Shown here one piece after another: positions 20,137 to 30,440 of a stretch of DNA of 64,000 nt. Both the position numbers and the translations under genes were made by a program. The DNA lies in assembly GCA_963745235.1 (NCBI GenBank), contig CAVUXE010000015.1, forward strand, positions 128,001 to 192,000, written 5' to 3'. Position 1 is the stretch's first letter. The number at the start of each line of letters is the position of its first letter. Under the pieces are notes generated by a model that was not told the DNA's origin, ran no database searches, and saw only the letters and a program-made list of their open reading frames with translations. The DNA comes from an uncultured Spirochaetota bacterium. GTDB taxonomy: Bacteria; Spirochaetota; Spirochaetia; SZUA-6; Fen-1364.

Positions 20137-21108
20137 CTAGCGGACCGTGTCCGCGAACTTCAGAACGGCGTCCGCGTTCGTCTTGTCGATGATCGCGCCG
20201 CCCGTGTTGATGTCGCAAGGCAGCAGGCCGAATCTCTTGTTGAAGTACAGCTGCACCACTGTGAACATCCCCTGGTAGTACGGCTGCTGGTCGACGGTTG
20301 CCAGCGACTTCCCGCTCTTGATGTTGTCAATGATCGTCTTGGTGATGTCGAACCCGGCGTTGGGAATCTTCAGGCCCGCGTCCTCGATGGCCTTGGGAGC
20401 CATTTCCATGGGCATTCCGCCCATGGCAAGGACCGCCGCGGTGTTCTTGTGGCCCAGGAGGTACTGGGTCAGCTTGGTCAGAGTGTCATCAAGGGAAACT
20501 CCGCCCGTGTCCAGGACTTCTCCTGAGGCGCCTACTTCGTCCAGGGCCTTCTTCACTCCCGCGAACCTCATGGCCGCATAGACGGCCTCAGGGTGCTCGA
20601 CGGGACACACGACACGATCTCCGCTCTTGATGCCGTAGGTCTTGATCAGCCGCTTGGTGATGAGGTAGCCGGCGGTCACGAAGTCCTGCCCGATGAACGC
20701 CTGGCGCGCGGTGCCCTCTGCACCCTTGGTGCTGTCGATGTTGTAGGCAACAACGGGGATCCCGGCGTCGCGGGCCTTCTGGATGACCTTCGTGTATGCG
20801 TCGTCGAGATTGATGATGATTCCGATGCCGTCCACCTTGTTCACGATCGCGGTCTCGATGATGCTCACCTGCTTCACCGAATCATCATCCGCGTACTGGA
20901 TGTCCAGGTCCGAGCCGAGCCCGGCCGCCGCGTCCTTGGCGCCTGCCACGACCTTCTTCCAGAACGGGTTTCCGACGGTTCCGTAGATGACCATGCTGAA
21001 CTTGTACTTGGGTCCTGCTGCCTCGCCCTGCCCCTTTGCAAAAGCAAAGCCGGACAGGAAAAGGAGGACCAGCACTACTGTGATTGTCCTTCCGAGTCTC
21101 CTGCTCAT
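20137..21108 (-). CDS. sugar ABC transporter substrate-binding protein
   Basis: Signal peptide FAKGQGE (spirochaete-style), NPFWKKV, ATVDQQPYYQG. Confidence 0.92.
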   Translation of the reverse strand: MSRRLGRTITVVLVLLFLSGFAFAKGQGEAAGPKYKFSMVIYGTVGNPFWKKVVAGAKDAAAGLGSDLDIQYADDDSVKQVSIIETAIVNKVDGIGIIINLDDAYTKVIQKARDAGIPVVAYNIDSTKGAEGTARQAFIGQDFVTAGYLITKRLIKTYGIKSGDRVVCPVEHPEAVYAAMRFAGVKKALDEVGASGEVLDTGGVSLDDTLTKLTQYLLGHKNTAAVLAMGGMPMEMAPKAIEDAGLKIPNAGFDITKTIIDNIKSGKSLATVDQQPYYQGMFTVVQLYFNKRFGLLPCDINTGGAIIDKTNADAVLKFADTVR

Positions 21109-21238
21109 CGATAAGCCTCCTTAGAAGATTTCCACCAGTCTTCACGCCCACAAATGGAGCCCGTCATGGTTTCGCGCGATTCTCCGTGCCCGCATCGATC
21201 TCTCACCTCCTTTCGGAGCAGGCCCGATGAAAACGATT

Positions 21239-21254
21239 GCGCAATCGATTGCGC
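21239..21254. promoter_or_regulatory. LacI-type operator upstream of the sugar operon
   Basis: Perfect palindrome GCGCAATCGATTGCGC with central CG, typical of LacI-family sites; an overlapping weaker copy TGAAAACGATTGCGCA lies just left. Confidence 0.75.
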
Positions 21255-21262
21255 GAAAAACA

Positions 21263-22261
21263 TTAACGAGACGCTGTCGAGTCCCGCACGACAAGGCCGG
21301 GCTTGATGACGACCTTCTCGGTCCTCGACCCATCCCCATTTTTCTGCCGAAGCAGCATATCGACAGCCTTTTCGCAGATCTCTGAAAAAGGCTGAACAAC
21401 CGTGGTAAGTGAAGGCGTGATCATTCGGGCAAGGCTAATATCGTCCATACCCATGAGCGAAACCTCGCGGGGAACGGAGGTGCCGCGTTCAAGAAGGAAC
21501 TTGAGCACCCCGACAGCCATCAGGTCATTCTGAGCCCACACCGCCGTGACGTCCGGATGCGCACTGAAGATCTCCCGGGCGCCCGCGTACCCGGACTCGA
21601 ACTTGAAGTCACCCTCAAAGGTCCACTCCGGTTCCACGCAGACGCGAAACCGCGCCAGGGCCTCGTTCAGCCCAACCAGGCGCTCGCGGCACAGGGAGAT
21701 CTTCAGGGGGCCCGTGATGCAGGCGATCTTCTTGTGCCCGGCGCTCCCGAGATGCTCCCCGGCAAGGAATCCGGCCTCGTGATTGTCCAGGACCACGCTG
21801 GCCACTTCCTCATCCTCGACAGCGCGGTCAATGACGACCACGGGGATGCCGGAGCTGTTGATGAGCCTCATGACCCTGCTTTCATCCGAAACGCGGGAAA
21901 AGATGATGCCGTCAACGTTCCTGCGGATCAGGTCGTCTATGAAGCTTTCCTCGAGGTCGGGATTGTTCTTGTGATTGCCCACGATGAGCCCGCACCCGCG
22001 CGCAACGACGCTTTCCTCTATGAACTGGATGAAGCTCGCAAAAGTGTGGTGGACGATTTCAGGCACCACGAGCCCGATCAGCTTCCCGCTTCGGCTCCGC
22101 AGCCCCTTGGCAAGCAGGTTCGGCTTGTAGTTGAGCTTCCGGATGGCGTCCTCAACCCGTTGGCGTGTCTTCTCGTCCACGGGCAATGAGCGGTTGAGAA
22201 CCCGGGACACAGTTGACTCGGAGACGCTTGCCAGGCGCGCTACGTCCTTCATGGAAGCCAT
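21263..22261 (-). CDS. LacI family transcriptional regulator
   Basis: MKDVARLASVSESTVSRVLN HTH, YKPNLLAKGL hinge, PSLTTVVQP. Confidence 0.95.
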   Translation of the reverse strand: MASMKDVARLASVSESTVSRVLNRSLPVDEKTRQRVEDAIRKLNYKPNLLAKGLRSRSGKLIGLVVPEIVHHTFASFIQFIEESVVARGCGLIVGNHKNNPDLEESFIDDLIRRNVDGIIFSRVSDESRVMRLINSSGIPVVVIDRAVEDEEVASVVLDNHEAGFLAGEHLGSAGHKKIACITGPLKISLCRERLVGLNEALARFRVCVEPEWTFEGDFKFESGYAGAREIFSAHPDVTAVWAQNDLMAVGVLKFLLERGTSVPREVSLMGMDDISLARMITPSLTTVVQPFSEICEKAVDMLLRQKNGDGSRTEKVVIKPGLVVRDSTASR

Positions 22262-22278
22262 GGTGAGCAAAACTCCTT

Positions 22279-22325
22279 ATGAAATCGATTGCGCAAAGGA
22301 TATCATGGGTTGCGCGGCCTGTCAA
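22279..22325 (-). promoter_or_regulatory. sigma70-type promoter and LacI autoregulatory operator
   Basis: TTGACA (22325-22320), 17 nt, TATCCT (22302-22297); operator copy ATGAAATCGATTGCGCA at 22279-22295. Confidence 0.7.
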
Positions 22326-22354
22326 ACATTTTCTTGGCTTTACAAGGCTATCGC

Positions 22355-23607
22355 TGGAGCAGGCCCAGCAGAGCAAGAGCCGAACCCAGGTGCTGGCAGA
22401 CAAAGCCTCCGGCTGGCTGTTCTACGTGGCCCTCGCAGCGGCTGCGGCAACGGCCGTTGTCTGGACAATCTTGATCGGTTTCAATACTGAAGTGATTGCC
22501 AGGGTGGCGACAGTACTGGTCATTGCCTGTCCGCACGCGCTTGGGCTTGCAATCCCCCTGGTGGTGGCAATCACCACTGCCCTTGGCGCCCGCAACGGAA
22601 TCATGGTGCGGGACCGGCTGGCAATGGAAACGGCTCGCGACATCGATACAGTCGTCTTCGACAAGACTGGCACCTTGACACAAGGAGAGTTCGCGGTGGC
22701 AGAGGCCGCCACGGCCGATGGCTGGAAGGAGGATGCCGCCCTTGCGCTGGCGGCTGCGCTGGAGGGGGACTCCGAGCACACCATCGCTCGGGGCGTTCGC
22801 CGCAGCGCTGAAGAACGGCATTTGATCCTGCCTGAGGTGCGCGAGTTCGAGGCGTTGAAAGGGAGGGGGGTGCGCGCCCGCTGGGAAGGTAAAACAGTGT
22901 ACCTGGGCGGTCCACGACTGCTGGAGAGCCTGAAGCTGGCACTGCCCGAGCCTTTGGCGCGATTTGAGCGGGAGGCAAGTGCAAAGGGCTGGAGCGTTGT
23001 CAATCTTGTGGTGGACAACAGCCCGGTGGCCAGCCTTGCCCTGAGTGATGTCATCAGGCCGGAAAGCCGCGAAGCCGTCCAGCGACTTCACGCGATGGGG
23101 GTGCAGGTGGCCATGCTGACCGGCGACAGTAAGGCCGTGGCCAGGACCGTGGCTCAGGAGCTAGGCATCGACACGTATTTCTCCGAGGTGCTGCCTGAGC
23201 ACAAGGACCGGCAGGTGGCCGAGTTGCAGCGGCAGGGCTGGCGGGTGGCCATGGTCGGAGACGGGGTCAACGACGCGCCCGCCCTCACGCGGGCCGATGT
23301 GGGGATTGCCATCGGAAGCGGCACCGATGTGGCGGTGGAGTCGGCCGGCATCATCCTGGTGAAGAGCAACCCCCTGGATGTGGTCAAGATCATCGCTCTC
23401 AGCCGGGCGAGCTATCGCAAGATGATTCAGAACCTGCTCTGGGCCGCGGGCTACAACGTGGTCGCGCTGCCGCTTGCGGCTGGCGTCCTGGCACGCTGGG
23501 GTATTCTGCTCTCGCCGGCGGTCGGCGCGGTGCTCATGTCGGTCAGCACCATCATCGTCGCTGTCAACGCCCAGTTGCTGAGGAGGACACGGCTGGCCGC
23601 AAGCTGA
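22355..23607 (+). pseudogene. 5'-truncated P1B-type heavy-metal ATPase (CopB-like, CPH motif)
   Basis: [29 protein letters not shown] and MS motifs; lacks N-terminal TMs and the TGE actuator domain; upstream sequence is the lacI promoter. Confidence 0.85.
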
Positions 23608-25019
23608 GCAATCGGGGCGCGGCGCGATTCTTTCTGCCAAAAGCTTCGGGCCATAGTTGGGAAGGCGTTCGAGCGCTGCCGCAAAACTCCGTGGTCATTG
23701 GGACTGGATAGTCAATACGCTCCAGACGGGTGCCGCCTGGTAGCTCGCGACACTTCCCGCGGGAACATAGACCTTGAGGGACCCGCTGACCGAATAGAAC
23801 GTGTTGGCTCCCACCGTTGGCGGCGTCGCGGGATTGGCGGTTAAGGTGGTCAGTGCACTGCACACCCGAAACGCGAAGTCCCCGATAGTCGTCACCCCCG
23901 CGGGAATGGTCAGGCTCGTCAGACTGGCGCAGCTATCGAATGCGGAGGCGCCGATGGACGTCACCGTGCCGGGGATCGAGAAACCCGTCAGGCCACCACA
24001 GAATCTGAACGCAGAGGCACCGATGGTTTTGACATTGCCCAGCAGGGTTACGCTGGTCAAGCGGCTGCAACCCCAGAAGGTCTCATCCGCAACCATCGTG
24101 ACGCCGCTGGGTATCGTCAGGCTCACAAGTCCCGCGCACCCATTGAACGCGTCGCTCCCGATCGAGGTCACGCCTGCCGCTAACGTCAGCGAGGTGAGGC
24201 CCGCGCATCCTCGGAACGCGAAGGTGCCGATTGTCGTCACGCCACTGGGAATTGTCAGGCTGGTCAAGCTCTGGCACCTGTCGAAAGAGCTCTGCCCGAT
24301 GGTGGTGATGTACCTGGGCAGCGTCAGGCTCGTCAAGGCGCTGCAGCTCAAGAACATGTAGTTGCCGATCGAGGTGACGCCATCCGGGATGCTCAGGCTC
24401 GTGAGCTGCGTGCAACCGAAGAAGGCGTAATCTCCGATCGACGTTACCCCGCTGGGGATTGTCAGATTTTTCAGGCCTGCGCACCCGTTGAACACCATGT
24501 AACCGATAGTCTTGAGATTGGAGGGAAGTGTCAGGCTCGTCAAAGACAGGGATTGGAAGGCGTAGTCCCCGATGGAGGTGACGTTATCGGGAATTGTCAG
24601 GCTCGTCAGCTTGCTGCACCCGAAGAAAGCCCACTTCCCGACGGACATCACACTGTTGCCCTGGAAGGATATGCTGGTCAGGCCGCTGCAATCGTAGAAC
24701 TCGTTGTCTCCGATCGAGGTCACCCCGGAAGGAATGGCAATTGTCGTGAGTGCGGAGCAGTAACCGAAGGATTGTTTGCCAAGGGTGGTCAGTGAGCTGG
24801 GAAGGGTCAGGTTCGTGAGCTTTGTACAGGCGTAGAACGCGTTGTCTCCGACGGAGGTCGCCGTGCTCGGAAGGGACACCGCCGTCAGACCTGAGCAGTT
24901 GTAGAAAAGACCGTTGGAAATCGCTGCGACCCCCGCGGGAATCGTAAGGCTCGTCAGGCCGCTGCACCCGTTGAAAGCGTACTGACCGATGGTTGTGACA
25001 CCGCTCGGCATCGGCAAAC

Positions 25020-25715
25020 CCGTCAGCGCCGTGCAGCCGTCGAATGCGTGATCGCCAATGGATGTTACCGTGGTCGGAATGGTGAGGCCGGTCAGCTTGA
25101 TACAGCCGGCGAACGCGTACTGACCAACGCTCAGCGTGCTGTTCGCGAGGACCGGGCTGTCAGGCTCGAGCAGTTGTGGAACAGGTAGTTGGCCACCGCG
25201 GTGACTCCGCTGGGGAGAGTCAGGCCCGTCAGCGCCGTGCAGCCGTCGAATGCGTGGTCGCCGATGGAGGTCACGGTGGTCGCAATGGTGAGGCCGGTCA
25301 GCTTTGTGCATCCGGTGAACGCATATTGACCAACGCTGAGCGTGCCGCTGGCGAGAACTGGGCTCGTCAGGCTGGTGCAGTTATTGAACAGGTAGTTGGC
25401 CACCGCGGTGACTCCGATGGGGAGAGTCAGGCCCGTCAGCGCCGTGCAGCTATCGAACGCGTGATCACCAATGGATGTCACTGTGGTCGCAATGGTGAGG
25501 CCGGTCAGCTTGGTGCACCCGGTGAACGAGTACTGTCCGATACTAAGCGTGCCGCTGGCGAGAACTGGGCTCGTCAGGCTGGTGCAGTTATTGAACAGGT
25601 AGTTGGCCACCGCGGTGACTCCGCTGGGGAGAGTCAGGCCCGTCAGCGCCGTGCAGCTATCGAACGCGTGATCACCAATAGATGTCACTGTGGTCGGAAT
25701 GGTGAGGCCGGTCGA
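25020..25715 (-). repeat. about 207-bp (69-aa, three-LRR) super-repeat, about 3.3 near-identical copies
   Basis: LTIxTTVTSIGDHAFDxCTALTGLTLPxGVTAVANYLFxNCxSLTSPVLAxxTLSxGQYxFxGCxKLTG repeated with near-identical DNA. Confidence 0.85.
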
Positions 25716-25758
25716 CCCGCTGCAGCCATAGAAAGCACTCTGTCCGATGGACACGACG

Positions 25759-27345
25759 CTAGGAGTCTGTAGATCGTAGGAACGGCGAGTATCGCGGGCT
25801 TGTTGCGAGGCCGGCGTTGAAGTGCTGGTTGGTCCCTTTTGTAGAGGCCCCTCCGAGCCCCACCGTCAGGCGGCTACTGCGAGCGAGCGCCGTTTCCTTG
25901 TATCGGTGCAGCTTGAGCATGTTGTGAGCGGTGCACACCATCGCCCACTCGTCTCTGGCTTTCGAAAGCCCGCGTAGAAGGAAGCGGCGAAACCCCCGTG
26001 CCTCGCGAATCTGGCCAAAGGTTGGCTCTACGATCGCCTTGCGCCGACGATACAGTGCGCGGCCCTCTTCGCTGTCGAGCTTGGCCCTCATGCGTTGGGC
26101 GCTCTGCTGGGCCTGCTTCCCTGCGCTCACACCTTTTCCTCGACCATGTTCGCGGCCGATGGCAATCAGGGCCTCAAAGCCCTGGTCTTCGCAGTAGCGC
26201 ACGTTCTCAGGAGTGAAGTAGCCCGCATCAGCGGTGCCAACCTCGGGCAGTTCCCCGCTGGTGGCCTTCACTCGTTCGATCATCGCAATCAGGTGCGGCT
26301 GGTCAGCGGCCTGATTGGTCAGGGCCTGCGCCACGATGACCTGGTAGTCCCCGTCAACGGCGATCTGCGCGTTGTAGCCCTGCAGGAATCCCCCGTCGCG
26401 CTTCATGATGCGGCTGTCGGGGTCGGTGAAGTTACGTTGTGCCTTGGGCGCCGGACGTCCCTCCGGGGTCGTGCTCACCCGAGGCATCGGCAACGGAGAT
26501 TCTTCTTCCGAGCTGTCCCGTGGCTGAGGATCCAACTCCTGCGCCTGCCTGCGCGACTTTTCAGCCCGGGCGCCGGCCCGCCGCCGCTCCGCTGGATCCT
26601 CCTTCTCATCATCAGCCTTCTTCTGCTGCCCTTCGGCCAACTCGCGAAGCTGCGCTGCTCGTGATTCTGCCGCTTCACGCTCCAGTTCCGCCTTGGCTTC
26701 CCGTATCCGTGCCAGGCGTTGATGGCGACGCTTCAATTCCTGCGGTAGGTCTTCCGCTCCATCGCCACTGCCCCACCGATTGTCCTCTTCCCGATCAACT
26801 TCTTCCGCGCGCCGCAGCAGCTTCTCCACTTCTTCTTCGATCTTCTTCTCTTCTTCCTGCATGCGCGCATAGCTCATCGCCCGGTGTTTGCTGGCGTTCG
26901 CCGCTACCTTCGACCCGTCAAAGGACACATGGCCCAGCCGCACCAAGCCCGCTTTCCGACACAGTTTGAAGACCTGCACAAACAGACCGGCCAACGCTTG
27001 GCGGTGCTCCAGTCGAAACCCGTTCACCGTCGTGAAGTGCGGGCTCGATTCCCCACTGATCACCCGCATCGCCACGTCCTCGCGCGTCCCGCGTGCGATC
27101 TTCCGCGAGGAGTACACCCCCACGCAGTAGGCGTACAGAAGCAGCGATACCATCATCTGTGGATCGTAGGGGCGTTCTCCTCGTGGTTCTCGCTCCTGAA
27201 GCCGACTCTCTATCGCGTTCAGATCCAGCTCCCCTACTGTCTCCAGAACGAAGTAAGCCAAGTGGTCCTCAGGTAACCACTCCGTCGGTGAGGGAGGAAG
27301 CAGGTAGGGTTGTGTTGGGTTCCACGGCCGGTAGGATTTTCCCAT
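25759..27345 (-). CDS. IS1182 family transposase
   Basis: WLPEDHLAYFV, PYDPQMM, SSRKIAR, DGSKVAANASKH, TDPDSRIMK, QGYNAQ, ADAGY, YRRRKAIVEPTFG. Confidence 0.95.
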   Translation of the reverse strand: MGKSYRPWNPTQPYLLPPSPTEWLPEDHLAYFVLETVGELDLNAIESRLQEREPRGERPYDPQMMVSLLLYAYCVGVYSSRKIARGTREDVAMRVISGESSPHFTTVNGFRLEHRQALAGLFVQVFKLCRKAGLVRLGHVSFDGSKVAANASKHRAMSYARMQEEEKKIEEEVEKLLRRAEEVDREEDNRWGSGDGAEDLPQELKRRHQRLARIREAKAELEREAAESRAAQLRELAEGQQKKADDEKEDPAERRRAGARAEKSRRQAQELDPQPRDSSEEESPLPMPRVSTTPEGRPAPKAQRNFTDPDSRIMKRDGGFLQGYNAQIAVDGDYQVIVAQALTNQAADQPHLIAMIERVKATSGELPEVGTADAGYFTPENVRYCEDQGFEALIAIGREHGRGKGVSAGKQAQQSAQRMRAKLDSEEGRALYRRRKAIVEPTFGQIREARGFRRFLLRGLSKARDEWAMVCTAHNMLKLHRYKETALARSSRLTVGLGGASTKGTNQHFNAGLATSPRYSPFLRSTDS

Positions 27346-27419
27346 GCGGCATTCCATCATATCCACCGGCATCCTGTCGACGCCTCGCTCGCACGGGGCG
27401 CCCTATGCGCTACAGACTC
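25763..27419 (-). mobile_element. IS1182-family insertion sequence, 1657 bp
   Basis: Terminal IRs GAGTCTGTAGATCGTAGG and GAGTCTGTAGCGCATAGG (reverse complement of right end); CTAG duplicated at 25759-25762 and 27420-27423. Confidence 0.92.
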
Positions 27420-28459
27420 CTAGGGCCGTGGGGATGGTCAGGCTTGTCACGCCACTGGAGGACTTGAAGCCGTTATCTGCGATGGCCGTCACGGGTCTCG
27501 CCGCCCAGTACGCAGGGATAACCACCGCCCCGGACCCGCCGCTGCCGGCGGCCACGCTGTAATGCGCGCCAGAATCGATGAGCGTATAGGCGAGGCCATT
27601 GGTCGTGGTGCACCACTCGGCGTAGAGCGTGGTGTTTTGCGTAAGCGCATCGGTTGCGAAATTCCACTGCGTCGTGCAGGCCGAGTCCCTGAACCACCCG
27701 ACCAGGCCGGAGCCGCTTTTGACAGGGGCGGTAGGCTCGGTTGCCAGTGAGCCGGAAAACAACGTTCTGCGGCAAGACGGCAGTCCCGCCTTGCGAGTCG
27801 AATGTCAGCACATTGGTCGGGAGAGTCGTCCAATCAGCGTACAAGATGACATCCGCGTTCCCCATTTTGAACGTCTGTCCCGCGACGTAGGGAGTGCCGC
27901 TCCCGTTTGCCTTGGTATTCCAGCCGATGAACGTGTATGTGATCCCGGAGACAACTTTCGCGAAACCGGGGAGCGTGGACGACACCATCACGGTGCTGCC
28001 CTGGGCATAGCCGAGTGGGTCCACCGGCGCGATGCCTGCCGTATTCCCGTTGCCGTTGTACGTCACCGTGTACGTTGTGGTCGAAGGAGAAGGCTCTCCA
28101 GAGCCCGACGGAACGTGACACGCGACGAAGGCGACTGCCGCGATTGCGGCGATAAGACTGCAAGCCAGAAAGCGGAAACAATTCTGATTCATGTGTCTGC
28201 TCCATCGAAGAAACAATTTGACTGAAAATACCCTGGATTTCTGAGCGGTCCCTGTCACTCATGGAGACAGCCCCGCCTTGGTGAATTATAGCCTGAGCCC
28301 GCGCTCATTTCCATGGATGACAGGCAAATCAATTTCCTGTCGGCTGGGCGTGGAGGCCTTCGAGCCGAGCCGCGGGAACAGTCTCCTTTCGGCACAACAA
28401 CGAGAGGGTTGTCAGCTGGCGCTGGCTTACCATGACAACGCCGGCAGGAGCGGCGCGGG

Positions 28460-29404
28460 TCACCCCTGGATGGTCGCCAGGAACGAAGTGATAGCCTCGC
28501 GAGCTTCATCCAGTCGGCCCGCCAGGAAGTGTCCGCCGATGGAGAATGTCACCAGCCTCGAGCCCTTGATGAGCTCATGCGTATGGAGGGCGTGCCGCAA
28601 AGGGACCAGCCCGTCATCTTCGCAGTGAATCACGAGCGTGGGAACTTTCACGCGGGCAGGGAAGTCGAAGGGGAAGCTTCGGCTTTCATCCAGACGTATT
28701 CCCGGCAACCGCAGTCCCATGGGGTTCATCTCTACCAGCGTGCGGTTGACGGCGGCAACGGCTCGTGGGCTGAGGCCGGCCTGGACCTTCTGCGGAATCC
28801 CGAGCATCTGGAGCAACTTTGGCCTCATCGCCTTGTCCACTGCCCAGTAGACAAAGCTTCCGCCGATTGCGGAATCGACAGTCTTTGCTTTTCGATCAGC
28901 CCCGGGTGACACCCTTTCCACCATGCTCACGGCGGATACCATCACAAGGGCTTTGACGCGGTCGGGGTGACGGACCGCAAAAGTGAGCCCGGAAAGCCCG
29001 CCTGCGGAGAAAGCCAATACCGCGACCGGCTCGTGGACACCCAGTGCATCGAGGAGACCGGCGTACATGTCGGCCTGCGCCTCAAGGGAGCTGTCAGCCG
29101 CGACTGGCTGGCCTGCATATCCGAAACGTGACGGCGCGATCACCCTCATCCCGTCCCCGAGGGCGTATTCGCCCAGCATCAGGCCCTGGTCAAATCCGCC
29201 TCCTGCCCCGTGAATGACAAGCACAGGCTGCCCGGCGCCGCGTTCGCCGTACTCCACGAGGCCGCCCCTGGTCATGATTGTCCTGCTTCCCGCGGCGAGC
29301 CGGGCCCGCGCGACCGTCATGTCGCGGAAGTAGCCCGCCAAAATGATGCCCGTGCCCAGAACAAGAACGCCGAGCGCGCCAAGGAGAATCGTCTTGCGCT
29401 TCAT
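28460..29404 (-). CDS. alpha/beta hydrolase with N-terminal membrane anchor
   Basis: VIHGAGGGFDQG, PSRFGY, AFSAGG nucleophile elbow, GGHFL. Confidence 0.88.
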   Translation of the reverse strand: MKRKTILLGALGVLVLGTGIILAGYFRDMTVARARLAAGSRTIMTRGGLVEYGERGAGQPVLVIHGAGGGFDQGLMLGEYALGDGMRVIAPSRFGYAGQPVAADSSLEAQADMYAGLLDALGVHEPVAVLAFSAGGLSGLTFAVRHPDRVKALVMVSAVSMVERVSPGADRKAKTVDSAIGGSFVYWAVDKAMRPKLLQMLGIPQKVQAGLSPRAVAAVNRTLVEMNPMGLRLPGIRLDESRSFPFDFPARVKVPTLVIHCEDDGLVPLRHALHTHELIKGSRLVTFSIGGHFLAGRLDEAREAITSFLATIQG

Positions 29405-29484
29405 GCTGCGCCTGCCGGCAAGAACCCCGTCACCACGTCCAGAATCACCGCGAAAGTCCTCATGTTGCTCTTCCTCCGTTTGAA

Positions 29485-30093
29485 TTATTTCAGAATGTTA
29501 TCGACGAGCCGATCGATGACACGATCCACAACGGCTTCATCCAGGACATCCAGGCCGGCAAACTTCTCGAGATCCCCTCCCCGCGCGGCCATGGCCTGGA
29601 GCGGAGCGACGATCTGGATCGCCGTGACCCGGATCTCCGGTTCGGTCAATCCAGCGCCGAAGTGCTCCCGGAGCAGCGGCAACAGGATCCGCTCCGGGCC
29701 GTAGTCCCCGCCCAGAAGCGCTCGTTTCGCCAGCATCCGTGTCAGGCTGGGGAAGCGCAGCCCCACCTTCGACGTTTGCTTCAGGATCGATCGCACCTTT
29801 TCGGAGGGCTTCCCCGCGGCGCCGCGCTGAGCCATGGGGTCTTTCAGGTCCACATCCCTCTGCATCAGCTCACCGATAGCCTGGTCGAGGAGGCTGTCTT
29901 TGGAGCCGAAGTGGTAGTTAAGCAGACCCACTCCTACCTTTGCCCGATTTGCGATCTGCCGGACAGTGAGCGAATCAGGATCCGCTGCCTCGGCCAGCAG
30001 TGCGATGGCGGCGTCAAGCAGGCGCTGTCTGGGATCGACCCTCTCCTTCTTCCTATCCACTCGTTGCCCATGTTCAAACTTTGTTCTGAACAT
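29485..30093 (-). CDS. TetR/AcrR family regulator
   Basis: RQRLLDAA...LTVRQIANRAKVGVGLLNYHFGSKDSL. Confidence 0.9.
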   Translation of the reverse strand: MFRTKFEHGQRVDRKKERVDPRQRLLDAAIALLAEAADPDSLTVRQIANRAKVGVGLLNYHFGSKDSLLDQAIGELMQRDVDLKDPMAQRGAAGKPSEKVRSILKQTSKVGLRFPSLTRMLAKRALLGGDYGPERILLPLLREHFGAGLTEPEIRVTAIQIVAPLQAMAARGGDLEKFAGLDVLDEAVVDRVIDRLVDNILK

Positions 30094-30128
30094 GTTCAGA
30101 TGATATGGGCCTCAAGGAGATTTGTCAA
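30085..30128 (-). promoter_or_regulatory. promoter and palindromic TetR operator
   Basis: TTGACA (30128-30123), 17 nt, TATCAT (30105-30100); perfect palindrome TCTGAACATGTTCAGA at 30085-30100. Confidence 0.75.
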
Positions 30129-30173
30129 GAGGCCAGCCTGACAAGGGTCCTGGCTGAATCTTGACAGGCGTGG

Positions 30174-30400
30174 TCACGCCGCCCGGCGTCGCAGTCTAAG
30201 TACTTGCCAAGCCACAATTGTCACCCAGGCGCAGTAGACCACTGCCAGAAGACGGTTTGCCCATCCAACGACGCCTATTACTCCGGGCGGCAGTGTTTTC
30301 GGGACACCGGCATTCGGATCACCACCAGCCCGGGTAAAGGAAACCATCATGAGGATCAAGGCTGCCATCATCAAGCAAGCACAAAATGGCGAGAAAGAGG
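30174..30400 (-). pseudogene. C-terminal fragment of a membrane protein (DUF998-like)
   Basis: VIGVVGWANRLLAVVYCAWV resembles the DUF998 terminal helix; N-terminus missing. Confidence 0.45.
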
Positions 30401-30440
30401 ACCACGCAAATGGACGTTCCAATGGCCAGGCGCGCTGCGG

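Larger units (their letters stand above)
23695..28192 (-). pseudogene. large surface lipoprotein: InlB-B/Listeria-Bacteroides repeats plus BspA-type (TpLRR, LRR_5) repeats; interrupted by IS1182 and frameshifts
   Basis: Signal/lipobox ...AAVAFVAC; YTVTYNGNG..GWNTKANGSG..LYADW and FDSQGG..GWF..WNFATD..LYAEW domains; many 23-aa LTSLTIPSGVTSIGxxAFxGC repeats. Confidence 0.9.

Noticed and set aside
25020-25715. Diversity-generating retroelement template/variable repeat pair in the LRR gene
   Set aside because: Repeats are tandem and coding, differences are not adenine-specific, and no reverse transcriptase is in the window.
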